From contig OZ244744.1 of the NCBI GenBank assembly GCA_965219455.1, forward strand, positions 3,616,001 through 3,680,000: a stretch of DNA of 64,000 nt, in the 5' to 3' direction. Under the pieces are notes generated by a model. The model made no database searches. It had not been told where the DNA came from and worked only from the letters and a program-made list of their open reading frames with translations. This document shows, one piece after another, positions 26,027 through 36,046 of the stretch. This DNA comes from Candidatus Latescibacterota bacterium. GTDB lineage: Bacteria; Latescibacterota; UBA2968; GCA-2709665. Made by a program: the position numbers and the translations under genes. How positions within the stretch are numbered: the first letter of the stretch is position 1; every line of letters begins with the position of its first letter.

Positions 26027-27151
26027 ATGATTTCAATCGCGGCTGATTTCGAATGCGGAAACGCGAAACATATCCGGCAGATCGCAATCGACCGGTTTAG
26101 GCTGGAGGTGGTCGGGGACAAGGCCACGTACTGTTACTACTTCTGCTTTGACGTCCGGAACGACGGACCCGCATCGGTAGTGACCGTTGAAGTGTGGCCG
26201 GACTCGCGATTTGGTCCGGAGGGATTCGTGGCCAGCCTGCCCACCACGGTGTGGGTCGCGTGCGAGGGTCGATTCAAGCCGCTCGACCGTGAACGGGTGC
26301 GGAACTCGGAGGAACCGCTGCTGATCCGCCTGAATCTGAAGGCGAACGAGACGATTCGGGTCACGAACGCGTGGCCCGCGCCCTACAGCGATACGCAGGA
26401 CACGATCCGAAGGCTGGCGGATGAACGCGGGGACCGGTGCGAGACTTTCACCGTCGGCGCCTCGGTGCACGGCCGGGACATCACCGGCATCCGGGCCGGC
26501 GCGCCCGGTAAGCCCAGGATTCTGTGCGCGGCCGGCCAGCACGCGGTCGAATTCTCGGGCACGTGGGGCATGCTGGGCGTCGCGGATTTCATCACCTCCC
26601 TCGTGCCGGATGCCGTCGCTCTTAGAGAACAGATTCAGGTGGAGGTGCTGCCGGCGGTGAATCCCGATGGAAACGTGATGGGCAAAAACGCGTTCAACGC
26701 CGAGGGATTGGACATGTACCGGGCATTCGGCGAAGACCCGGAAGCGGCGGCGCCCGAAGCCCGCGAGAGTCGCCTGCTGTGGGACAGGCTCGTTAAGGAC
26801 CGGCCGGCGCTATGGATGAATATCCATGCCTTCGTGGGCTGGAGAGAAAACGGAGAATACCCTTTCGACGGATGGTACGAGGTGGTCGATCCCGTCTTCC
26901 GGGATCCCGATCGCGCTCGGCTGTACCAGGCGCTCTGCGATACGATGCGCCTGGAGACCGACGGCTTGTCCACCCACGGCAAGGCCAACGTACATCGTGA
27001 CAATACAATGTGCTATCAGATGGCCCGCAGGCTTGGCATTCCCAGCGTATTCTACGAGACAAACGTCGCCACGGCGGGTCCGCACGGTTCCGCCAGGCGT
27101 GCGATCCACGTGTTCAAACGGGCGGTCCATACCCTGCTGAGTTACCGGTGA
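26027..27151 (+). CDS. M14 zinc carboxypeptidase (cytosolic carboxypeptidase-like)
   Basis: DFECGN, GQHAVE (HxxE), NPDG, NIH. Confidence 0.85.
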   Translation: MISIAADFECGNAKHIRQIAIDRFRLEVVGDKATYCYYFCFDVRNDGPASVVTVEVWPDSRFGPEGFVASLPTTVWVACEGRFKPLDRERVRNSEEPLLIRLNLKANETIRVTNAWPAPYSDTQDTIRRLADERGDRCETFTVGASVHGRDITGIRAGAPGKPRILCAAGQHAVEFSGTWGMLGVADFITSLVPDAVALREQIQVEVLPAVNPDGNVMGKNAFNAEGLDMYRAFGEDPEAAAPEARESRLLWDRLVKDRPALWMNIHAFVGWRENGEYPFDGWYEVVDPVFRDPDRARLYQALCDTMRLETDGLSTHGKANVHRDNTMCYQMARRLGIPSVFYETNVATAGPHGSARRAIHVFKRAVHTLLSYR

Positions 27152-27166
27152 GGCGGGCAATGCGGA

Positions 27167-28465
27167 GTGGAAAACACGTACGCTAAGGAGTCCGGCATGG
27201 ACCCGAACAGACGCGACGTTCTTGAGAGGTACCTGTCTCGAGACTGGTATTCGGAAAAGGCGAGACAGGTTAAGTTGGAGCGATACCTGGATTGGATGGG
27301 CCGCCAGGAGAGACCGCCCATGCGGGTTGCCGGGCCCGACAGGGGCGCCGGTGTCTTGAACGTGGGGGTGGTCGGCCTGGGACGAGGCCGGTTCATGGCA
27401 AGCTTATGCAACCTGATGGACCAGAGTCGAACGGTGGCCGTATGCGACGAAGTCGCGGACCTGGCGGAATACGTCGCTGAAGAACAGGACGTTCCGAAGT
27501 CGTACGTGGATTTCGAAGAAATGCTAAGGGACGACGAGGTCCGGGTGGTTGTCGTGGAAACGGGCACGGACAGGCATGGTGAGCACGCGATCCAGGCGCT
27601 GCAGGCAGGCAAGCACGTCTTTGTGGAAATGCCCGTTGCCGTTACACTGGAGGAATGCAGGGCGATCGTCGATTTGAGCGAGGTCACCGGCCTGAAGGTG
27701 CAGATGGGCAATCAGTTGCGGTGGTACAACCGGTACGAGTCCCTCAAGAAACTGTGCATGGAAGAGGAGTTCGGCAAGATCCAGTACGTGGAGGCGGAGT
27801 ACAACTGCGACTACCGGTGGCGGAAGCGGTTCTGGGTGAACCGTGAGCGCGAGGTGGGCATGCCGGCCGACCGGGGATGCGCAGGGGGAATCGAGCCGCC
27901 GCTTAACGCGGCGGTGCATACCACGTTCGACACGTCGCGCTGGCTGCTGGGTGACGAGCAGATTGTCGAAGTGGAAGCCTTCGGGATGCGCGGCACGAGC
28001 TTCGCCGAAGGCACCCCGGAGCTGGGCTTTGGCGCGAAAACCGGCGATGGCTTCGACAGCGCGGTGGCGCTGATGAAGAGCGAGAGCGGGGTGATCATCA
28101 AAGCGCTGCAGAGCTACGGATTCCGCCGCCCCCACCTGAATTATCTCGCCCTTTACGGCACGTTGGGATGTTACGAAGGCGAGCGGCGCAACGAGGCCGG
28201 ATCCGGATACGTTCACCTTCCCCACCGGTTCCTGAATACCGTGGAATCGGGCGATGGCTGGATGGAACTGCCTCTTGTAACGGGATCCGGACCCGGTCAT
28301 CAGGGGGCGGAATTCGATATGATGCTGGATTTCTTCGACGCGATCGTCCGCGACCGCCGCCCACTCATCGACGCGGTCCAGGCCGCGCGGTCGTGCGCGC
28401 CGGCGATCTGCGGCGAGCAGGCGGCTGCCCAGGGCGCGCGGGTTCAGGTTCCGCAGTTTCCTTAG
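27167..28465 (+). CDS. Gfo/Idh/MocA-family oxidoreductase
   Basis: VGVVGLGRG, AGKHVFVEMP, GHQGAE. Confidence 0.88.
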   Translation: MENTYAKESGMDPNRRDVLERYLSRDWYSEKARQVKLERYLDWMGRQERPPMRVAGPDRGAGVLNVGVVGLGRGRFMASLCNLMDQSRTVAVCDEVADLAEYVAEEQDVPKSYVDFEEMLRDDEVRVVVVETGTDRHGEHAIQALQAGKHVFVEMPVAVTLEECRAIVDLSEVTGLKVQMGNQLRWYNRYESLKKLCMEEEFGKIQYVEAEYNCDYRWRKRFWVNREREVGMPADRGCAGGIEPPLNAAVHTTFDTSRWLLGDEQIVEVEAFGMRGTSFAEGTPELGFGAKTGDGFDSAVALMKSESGVIIKALQSYGFRRPHLNYLALYGTLGCYEGERRNEAGSGYVHLPHRFLNTVESGDGWMELPLVTGSGPGHQGAEFDMMLDFFDAIVRDRRPLIDAVQAARSCAPAICGEQAAAQGARVQVPQFP

Positions 28466-29003
28466 GAAAACGTGTCGTTCTGTACCGGAACCGGATTGCC
28501 GAGATTCGTCCGACCGGAAGCAGCAGAAACAGCTATCAGCTCACAGCCGTCAGCTTGAATCAATAACCCAATCAGTTGGCGTCAGTGCCATGACCTCTCC
28601 CCCGGCTACTCGCCTCCGGCGGGGGATGAAAAAAAAGGGAAAAACCAAATTCAACATCCACATCTCCCCAATTTCCCTGCCTACGGCGTGTTCCTTTTGA
28701 AGCGACCAAAAGGAACCAAAAGTCGCCGCTGGGCGCGGGGCCTGCCATATGCACAGCGCGAATAACCTCACGGGACGCACATGATGTGCTGCCCTGCAAG
28801 CGAAGGTGGATACCGCAATTCGTTGCGCAACGGAACAGCGCGCTCTGCTCTGGGAGTGCTCGCCAGGAACCTCGCGTTCGACAACCGAATGCCTATCTGA
28901 GGGCAAGGGAATAGGGGACGTTAGGGGGTGGTGGAGATTCCAACTCTCGCATCGCGCTGGAGTCATGTCGCCCCTCACATATTTCAACGAACAATCCTTC
29001 CGC

Positions 29004-30725
29004 ATGGTCCATTCGACCCACGCAGTTTACGGCATCTTGCTTCTCCTGATCCTTCGGGGCCCAGCGTTGTACGCGGATTCGCCGCGATTCGTTGACGTTA
29101 CGGCGTCATCGGGCATCGACTTCCGGCACGTCCACGGGGGGACGGGCAAGAAGTATTTCGTGGAGACGATGGGGTCAGGGGTCGCGTTTCTGGACTACAA
29201 CAACGACGGCCGGCTGGACGTATTCGCCGTCAACGGAGGGGCGTTGCCCGGCTATGCCGGACCGCCCCCGAGGAACCGGCTGTACCGGAACGCCGGCGCG
29301 GGCGCCTTCTCCGACGTGACGGGGTTCGCGGGAGTGGGAGAAACGGCCTACGGCATGGGCGTCTGCGTGGGCGACTTCGACAACGACGCGCACGACGACC
29401 TCTACGTGACGTGCTACGGGCCGAACAGCCTGTTCCAAAACAACGGAGACGGGACGTTTACGGGCGTGGCGGACCGGGCCGGTGTCTCCGGGGATTCCGC
29501 CTGGAGCGTGGGATGCGCCTTCCTGGATTACGACGCGGATGGATTTCTGGATCTGTACGTGGCCAACTACGTCGCCTACTCGATCTCCTCCCCGGAAACC
29601 GGGTTAAGGCCCTACGCTGCCCGTTCCGCGAGTCCATCGGTGGATGCCAGGTTTTATCCCCACCCCGACAACTTCGAGGGGGCGGCCGATCGTCTGTATC
29701 GCAACAACGGGGACGGGACGTTTACGGACGTGACGGACCGGGCGGGCGTCTTTAATCCCGCGGGCAAGGGGATGGGGATGTCGTGCGGCGACGTCGACGG
29801 CGACGGAACCGTGGATATCTTCGTAGCCAACGATATGACGCCCAATTTTCTCTACCTGAATCGAGGCGACGGAAGTTTTGTGGAGAGGGGTCTTCTGTCT
29901 GGGGTGGCCTACAGCGGATCGGGCGACCTGCAGTCCAGTATGGGCGCGGACTTCGGCGATTTCAACCGGGACGGCCGCATGGATCTGGCCGTAACCAATT
30001 TCCGGCTTGAGGGCGCCGGGCTCTTCCGAAACGAGGGGGTCGGACTCTTTACGGACATTTCTTCGATATCCGGGATCAGGACCCCCACGATTCCCCACGT
30101 GGGCTGGGGTCTCGGGTTTCTGGACTACGACAACGACGGTTGGTCCGACCTTCTGATGGTACACGGCCACGTGCTCGACAACGCAGACCGCGTGGGAAGC
30201 GTCTACCGACAGCCCGCCATCCTGTTCCGCAACACGGGAGACGGGCGGTTCGTCGACGTGACCCGCGAAGTGAAGGACGATCTGTCCAGGCCTGGCGCCA
30301 GCCGGGGCGCCGCCTTGGGGGATTACGACAACGACGGGGACGTGGACGTTTTCATTCTTACGGTGAACGGCGCCGCCCGGCTCCTGAGAAACGAGGTCCG
30401 CAACCGGAACCGCTGGCTGAGGGTGAAGCTGATCGGAGCCGCTCGGGAGCATCCGAAGCATTCAAAAGGCGTCACGCGTCTGTCCAACCGCAACGGTATC
30501 GGTGCGCGCGTGACGGTATGGGCCGGTGGCCGCCAGCAGATCCGAGAGGTTCAAAGCGGATCAAGCTATCTGTCCCAGAACGACTTCCGTCTCCACTTCG
30601 GGCTCGGTCAGTACGCAACGGTCGATTCTGTCAAGGTTCGATGGCCCGGTGGCACGGTGGATCGGCTCGGGAGCTCTGCGGTCGATCGGGAGATCATCGT
30701 AAGGGAAGGAGAGTCGGATCGATGA
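29004..30725 (+). CDS. CRTAC1/ASPIC-UnbV family FG-GAP repeat protein
   Basis: Multiple DYDNDGxxD repeats; C-terminal NRNGIGARV...SGSSYLSQN...HFGLG. Confidence 0.92.
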   Translation: MVHSTHAVYGILLLLILRGPALYADSPRFVDVTASSGIDFRHVHGGTGKKYFVETMGSGVAFLDYNNDGRLDVFAVNGGALPGYAGPPPRNRLYRNAGAGAFSDVTGFAGVGETAYGMGVCVGDFDNDAHDDLYVTCYGPNSLFQNNGDGTFTGVADRAGVSGDSAWSVGCAFLDYDADGFLDLYVANYVAYSISSPETGLRPYAARSASPSVDARFYPHPDNFEGAADRLYRNNGDGTFTDVTDRAGVFNPAGKGMGMSCGDVDGDGTVDIFVANDMTPNFLYLNRGDGSFVERGLLSGVAYSGSGDLQSSMGADFGDFNRDGRMDLAVTNFRLEGAGLFRNEGVGLFTDISSISGIRTPTIPHVGWGLGFLDYDNDGWSDLLMVHGHVLDNADRVGSVYRQPAILFRNTGDGRFVDVTREVKDDLSRPGASRGAALGDYDNDGDVDVFILTVNGAARLLRNEVRNRNRWLRVKLIGAAREHPKHSKGVTRLSNRNGIGARVTVWAGGRQQIREVQSGSSYLSQNDFRLHFGLGQYATVDSVKVRWPGGTVDRLGSSAVDREIIVREGESDR

Positions 30726-32707
30726 ATCCTGGGAGCATGGTCTGGCGCGCCGCTGTCCTGTGCGGGATGCTTTTCGGGGCGCTTTCCGATCCGCCGGCGC
30801 TGGCCAACCGCGCGAGGGAAATCCGGTACATCGGGCCGCCGTTGAGCACGTTGAACAGCTATCTGTATACGGGGGGGATGTACGCGCAGATCACGCTGGG
30901 CACGAAAGAGGGCCTGGTTCAACTGGGCCCGGAGGGAGGGCTGATTCCGGCCCAGGCCGAGCGCTGGGAGGTATCCGAAGACAGGCTGTCCTATACGTTC
31001 GTTCTGCGGCGGGACAACCGCTGGTACGACGGCACGACAGTGACCGCACGGGACTACAGGGCCGCGTTCATCTATCAGATGGAACCGGGTCGCGAGAGCA
31101 AGTGGATCTGGGACACGCCGTTGCAGTACGTGATCAAGGCCCTGGACTTCAGGAACGGCGCCGCTCGAGAGGAGGAGGTGGGTGTGGACGTGCTGGACGA
31201 CTACACCCTGCGGTTCCGCCTGGCGAGGCCGTACCCCGCGTTCCTGAACGCAATGGTCACCGGAAGCATGTTTCCGATCCACCGTGGCTCCCTGGAAAAA
31301 AACGGAGACGCGTGGCACAAGCTGCCCAACTACCAGGGCAACGGACCGTACAGGATCGTGGAGTGGGAACTCAATTCCCATGTCATCCTCGAACCGAATC
31401 CGCAATACAACTTGCGGCGAGGCAATCTCGAGCGGATCTACAGCCGATTCGCGGGCAGACCCCTCGAGGGGTATCAGAGCGGCGAGATCGACTTCGCACT
31501 CCTGCAATCGATCGCCGATATCTACTACGCCAAACACCATCCGGCGCTGAGCGGTGAACTGGTCTGGACGCCCACGAGCGGGCTTTCCTACGTTAGATTC
31601 CTGTTTTCCGAAAATCCGGTTTACTGGGACGCCCGGGTGCGGCGGGCGATCGCCCTCGGATTCGACAAGCGCCGGATTGTGGAGGCGATTTTTCTCGGGC
31701 GGGAGACGCCGATGAATATGCTGTCCACGCCTGCTATGCCGGATTGGGATCCTGAACTGGGGATGGGATTCGACCTGGACGAAGCCCGGCGGCTGCTGTC
31801 TGAGGCGGGGTATCCGGGTGGCAGGGGCATTCCCGAATCGGTGATTCTGATCCCATCGTACCTGGCGCCCGAGATGGTTTCGCAGTTCGTGGCGATTGCC
31901 GCCATGCTGGAAGAGAACCTGGGCATTCGGTTCAAGATCGACAATCAGGAACTGGGGGTGTACGCCGACAAACGGGTTTCCCTGAACCCGTCCGGGTATG
32001 CGGGGATGTGCTTTGCGGCGTCCGGGGCGCCGTGGCCCAACCCCATCTACGGCACGCAATGGATCGAAAACGTCCAGTGGACGGACAATCCCGAAGTCTA
32101 CGGCGCCTGGTGGGCGGGGCAACGCCGAATCGTGCAGATCCGATCGGGTATGACTCAGCTCAATCGGGCAAAGAATGTCGAGGGCTTCCAGCCGATGCAC
32201 GGGCGGGTCGGGGCGTACGCGGACTCGGTGATGGCGCTTTTCGCAAACGGAAGACACGGCCCGCACCTGCGGCGGCAGGCAGCGGAGGCGATGAGCGGTT
32301 GGCAGCAGTCGGCGGACGAGATCCTGCGGACGGCCCACGAACCGGATGCGGATGCGGATTGGTGTTGGAAGGCTCTCAATGTCACGCTCCTCCAGGCCAG
32401 GCAATATCATTTTCAGTGGTCGCACGCCAGCGATCTTCGCTGGCGTCTGGAGGAGATGCGCCAGGAAGCGCACCACGCGCGGGACCCGTCCCGGCAGGCT
32501 GAGATCAACCGCGAAGTGCACCGCCTGGTGCAGGCATTCAGCTGGGATTTCCCGCTCCACGTCGCCAATGCCACGGCTCTGGTCAGGCCCTACGTGAAGG
32601 GGCTGAAATTCTGCGCCTACTGGTGGGCCAATCCCATGTACCTGAAGTGGATCAACATCGACGACGACAACGGACCGAAAACGGCGAGGCGTTCCGTCGG
32701 CGACTGA
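30722..32707 (+). CDS. Oligopeptide-type ABC transporter substrate-binding protein (family 5)
   Basis: Signal peptide; AERWEVSEDRLSYTFVLR..WYDG..VTARD; GNGPYRI; VRRAI. Confidence 0.88.
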   Translation: MNPGSMVWRAAVLCGMLFGALSDPPALANRAREIRYIGPPLSTLNSYLYTGGMYAQITLGTKEGLVQLGPEGGLIPAQAERWEVSEDRLSYTFVLRRDNRWYDGTTVTARDYRAAFIYQMEPGRESKWIWDTPLQYVIKALDFRNGAAREEEVGVDVLDDYTLRFRLARPYPAFLNAMVTGSMFPIHRGSLEKNGDAWHKLPNYQGNGPYRIVEWELNSHVILEPNPQYNLRRGNLERIYSRFAGRPLEGYQSGEIDFALLQSIADIYYAKHHPALSGELVWTPTSGLSYVRFLFSENPVYWDARVRRAIALGFDKRRIVEAIFLGRETPMNMLSTPAMPDWDPELGMGFDLDEARRLLSEAGYPGGRGIPESVILIPSYLAPEMVSQFVAIAAMLEENLGIRFKIDNQELGVYADKRVSLNPSGYAGMCFAASGAPWPNPIYGTQWIENVQWTDNPEVYGAWWAGQRRIVQIRSGMTQLNRAKNVEGFQPMHGRVGAYADSVMALFANGRHGPHLRRQAAEAMSGWQQSADEILRTAHEPDADADWCWKALNVTLLQARQYHFQWSHASDLRWRLEEMRQEAHHARDPSRQAEINREVHRLVQAFSWDFPLHVANATALVRPYVKGLKFCAYWWANPMYLKWINIDDDNGPKTARRSVGD

Positions 32708-32823
32708 GTACACTTCGTGGTCCGCCCGACGACGCGGACATTCAGCGGGATGCCCGCGCGTGGTTCGATCGGCATCTGACGGTACCGTCGTAATCGGACG
32801 CAGTCCCGGGTCGGAGAGTCGCT

Positions 32824-33798
32824 ATGGTGATGTTCGTTTTTCGCCGCATCGGTCAAATCGTCGCGAGTCTGATTGCGATTCTCGTCATCACGTTCTATCT
32901 GATGCACGCCGCGCCAGGCGATTTTTTCAATATCGAACGGCTGATGAACCAGCAGGTAACGGGCAGCCGGCTGAGTCAGTTCGAGGAGAAAAGCCAGACG
33001 CTCATGTTGTGGGAGGAGCGCTACGGGGAGAATACGCCCGTGTGGAAGCAAATTCTCATCTATCTGCGACACGCGGCCGCCCTGGACTTCGGACCGTCGT
33101 TCCGCTACCCGGATACCACCATCGAGGAGATGATGACACGGGCCTTCCCGCGGACGTTCGTCCTGGCCTTCTCCCCAATGCTCCTGGCCCTCCTGATCGG
33201 CATTCCCATGGGCATCGGGGCGGCGCTGTACCGAAATACGTGGATCGACCGCGCCACCATGTTCGTTTCCATGCTGGGCATCTGCATACCGTCCTACGTC
33301 ATCGCCCTGCTGGTGATCGTTTTCTTCGCCGTGACGCTTCAGTTGTTTCCAACGTCGGGATGGGGGACATGGGAGTACGCGGTGCTTCCTGTGTTGGCGA
33401 TGGTTTTTCAGCCCGTTGCGGGCATCGCCCGGTACGTCAGGGTGAGTCTGATCAAGGAAATGGGCGAAGACTACGTCCGTACTGTCTTCTCCAAAGGGGG
33501 CGACCGGAACAAGGCGGTGTTTCTCCATGCATTGCGGAACTCACTCATCCCCCTGCTGACCATTACCGGTCCGCAGTTCGCCAACCTGATGGTGAGCACC
33601 GCGTTTATCGAGGAGATTTTCAATATTCCAGGCCTGGGCAAGCTGTTCGTGGCCGCCGCGGGGACCCGGGACTACCCGATGATCATCACATCCACACTCT
33701 TTTTCGGATTTCTGATTATGCTGATGAATCTGCTGGTGGATATCGGGTATACGCTGATCGATCCCAGAATCCGGGCGGGTGTTCTGACCCGAAAATAG
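32824..33798 (+). CDS. Peptide ABC transporter permease (OppB-like)
   Basis: Transmembrane helices, EDYVRT..SKG, HALRNSLIP, IEEIFNIPGLG, RDYP. Confidence 0.92.
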   Translation: MVMFVFRRIGQIVASLIAILVITFYLMHAAPGDFFNIERLMNQQVTGSRLSQFEEKSQTLMLWEERYGENTPVWKQILIYLRHAAALDFGPSFRYPDTTIEEMMTRAFPRTFVLAFSPMLLALLIGIPMGIGAALYRNTWIDRATMFVSMLGICIPSYVIALLVIVFFAVTLQLFPTSGWGTWEYAVLPVLAMVFQPVAGIARYVRVSLIKEMGEDYVRTVFSKGGDRNKAVFLHALRNSLIPLLTITGPQFANLMVSTAFIEEIFNIPGLGKLFVAAAGTRDYPMIITSTLFFGFLIMLMNLLVDIGYTLIDPRIRAGVLTRK

Positions 33799-33970
33799 GT
33801 TGCCTTAATTCGGACGACGAGTCGCCCGGTTCGCAAGGCGCCTGAGCGCAGACGACCTGCGCAAGGTCGGCGAGTGAAGGCAACGTAGCGAGACGGGATG
33901 AATCGGCGGATGAATGGTGAGATATTTTCGGGACAGGACACGAATTACCGTCAAAAAAGGGGATGACGTT

Positions 33971-34891
33971 GTGGAAAGGAGACAGGGCGTGGCTGCGCCG
34001 GATCCTGACCGGCCTGCGCAAATCGGAGCGGAAGCGCCGTCGCGCCAACCGGCGAGCATCTCGTATTGGGGCGCCGTCTGGCAACGATTCGCAGCGAATC
34101 GGCTTGCCCTGCTGAGCCTGGGATTCGTTATTCTGATGTTTCTGGTCGCGGTCCTGGCCGGGTACATCGCACCGTACGGGTATAACCAGATCGACCTGGA
34201 CAAAACGTACCAGCCCCCATCCTGGCGGCACATCGCGGGGACCGACGAGGTGGGGCGGGATATCTTCAGCCGCCTGATTTTCAGCCTTCAGACGGCGCTG
34301 GCTGTTGCATTCGGCGCTACGGTGATTTCATTGGCTATCGGAGGCCTGATCGGCGCCGTCGCGGGGTACGCGGGCGGCGCCGTCGACAATGCCCTGATGC
34401 GGTTTACGGACGTGATGTACGCGTTCCCCGGGTTTCTGTTCAGCATCATCCTGGTGTCGGTCCTCGGCAGGGGCATCTTTACGATTTTCATCGCCATCGC
34501 GGCCACCGGCTGGGTGGGGTTCGCCCGGCTGATGCGCGCGCAGGTGTTATCCATTAAAAACCTTGAATACGTGGAGTCGGCGCGGGCTCTCGGAGCAACC
34601 CATCCATACGTGATCCGGCGTTACGTTCTGCCGAATTCCTTCGGCCCGCTCATTGTCGCCATCGCGTTCATGGTTCCCGGGTTGATGATGACCGAGTCGG
34701 CGTTGAGCCTGCTGGGACTGGGCGTGATGCCCCCCAGGCCGAGCTGGGGCGTCCTGATCCAGGTGGGGAGCCTGAATTTCAGGGCGTTTCCCTACCAGCT
34801 GACATGGCCGGCCGCCACGTTTGCGGTTGCGCTGCTTTCCTTCACGTATCTGGGCGACGGTTTGAACGACGCGTTCAATCCAAAGGAATAA
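33971..34891 (+). CDS. Peptide ABC transporter permease (OppC-like)
   Basis: GTDEVGRDIFSRL, EYVESARALGA, LGDGL. Confidence 0.92.
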   Translation: MERRQGVAAPDPDRPAQIGAEAPSRQPASISYWGAVWQRFAANRLALLSLGFVILMFLVAVLAGYIAPYGYNQIDLDKTYQPPSWRHIAGTDEVGRDIFSRLIFSLQTALAVAFGATVISLAIGGLIGAVAGYAGGAVDNALMRFTDVMYAFPGFLFSIILVSVLGRGIFTIFIAIAATGWVGFARLMRAQVLSIKNLEYVESARALGATHPYVIRRYVLPNSFGPLIVAIAFMVPGLMMTESALSLLGLGVMPPRPSWGVLIQVGSLNFRAFPYQLTWPAATFAVALLSFTYLGDGLNDAFNPKE

Positions 34892-34903
34892 GCTTCTCAG
34901 ACT

Positions 34904-35875
34904 TTGCGAGGATCACCCTTGTCCATTCTCCTCGATATCCGGAATCTCACGACATATTTCTACCGCCGGGATGGTGTGGTGCGAGCGGTGGACGGGATCT
35001 CGTACGTGGTCCGGAAGCGGGAGAGCGTGGGAATTGTGGGGGAAAGCGGCTGCGGCAAGAGCGTGAGCATGCTGTCCGTTGTAAAACTCGTCGGGGGGCG
35101 TGGAAAGATCGAAGCCGGGCGGGTGTTCTTCGAGGGTCGGAACCTTTTGGAACTGGACGAAAAGGCACTTCAGGAAGTGCGGGGTAACGACATCGGGTTT
35201 ATTTTTCAGAACCCCCAGACTTCCCTCAACCCCACGATGCGCAGCGGCCCACAGATTGCGGAACCTATTCTGTGGCACGGCCGCGCCGACCGAAAGCGGG
35301 CCTTCGAGCGCGCGGTCTCGCTGCTGGAAGAGGTGGGTATTCCCGCGCCGTTGTCTCGTTACCGGAACTACCCTTTCGAACTGTCGGGGGGGATGAAGCA
35401 GCGGGTGATGATTGCGATGGCGTTGAGCTGCGAGCCGAAGCTGATGATCGCCGACGAGCCCACGACGGCGCTGGACGTTACGACTCAGGCGCAGATCATG
35501 GATCTGATGAACCGGATGAAGGCCGCGTACGGCATGTCCACCGTGCTGATCACCCACGATTTCGGTCTGGCCATGGAGTTCAGCGACCGCATCGTCGTGA
35601 TGTACGCGGGAAGAGTGGCCGAAATTGCGCCCACGCGCGTCTTCCTGAATGCCCCGCGGCACCCGTACTCCATCGGGTTACTGGAAAACGCAAAGATGGT
35701 CCGCGGGCGGCTGGATACCATCCCTGGGCAGCCCCCCGACATGACCCGTCCGCCGTCGGGATGCCGCTTCCACCCGCGCTGTCCCCGCGCGACGGACCTG
35801 TGCCGGGAAGAGGACCCCGAAATGACCCGGTTGTCGGACGATCACACCGTCTTCTGCTGGCACCTCGAAGCTTAA
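34904..35875 (+). CDS. Peptide ABC transporter ATPase (OppD-like)
   Basis: GESGCGKS, LSGGMKQR, DEPTTALD, C-terminal CRFHPRC. Confidence 0.92.
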   Translation: MRGSPLSILLDIRNLTTYFYRRDGVVRAVDGISYVVRKRESVGIVGESGCGKSVSMLSVVKLVGGRGKIEAGRVFFEGRNLLELDEKALQEVRGNDIGFIFQNPQTSLNPTMRSGPQIAEPILWHGRADRKRAFERAVSLLEEVGIPAPLSRYRNYPFELSGGMKQRVMIAMALSCEPKLMIADEPTTALDVTTQAQIMDLMNRMKAAYGMSTVLITHDFGLAMEFSDRIVVMYAGRVAEIAPTRVFLNAPRHPYSIGLLENAKMVRGRLDTIPGQPPDMTRPPSGCRFHPRCPRATDLCREEDPEMTRLSDDHTVFCWHLEA

Positions 35876-36046
35876 GAAGCGACTTGGAAAATAACATTAG
35901 AAACTACGAAACACGCGAAAAAAAAGAAAAATCCGTGGCTGAGATCAATTGCCACAAGAGGCGCAAAACCACAATGTTGCACGTCAGCCTGGCAATGCAA
36001 CGATTTTCATCTTTGTGGGTGCCCCGAAGGGGCATGACAACTGTTT

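Noticed and set aside
30608-32713. Long antisense ORFs (also 52522-54645, 58424-60190, 60860-62356)
   Set aside because: Expected opposite high-GC genes; no motifs or RBS
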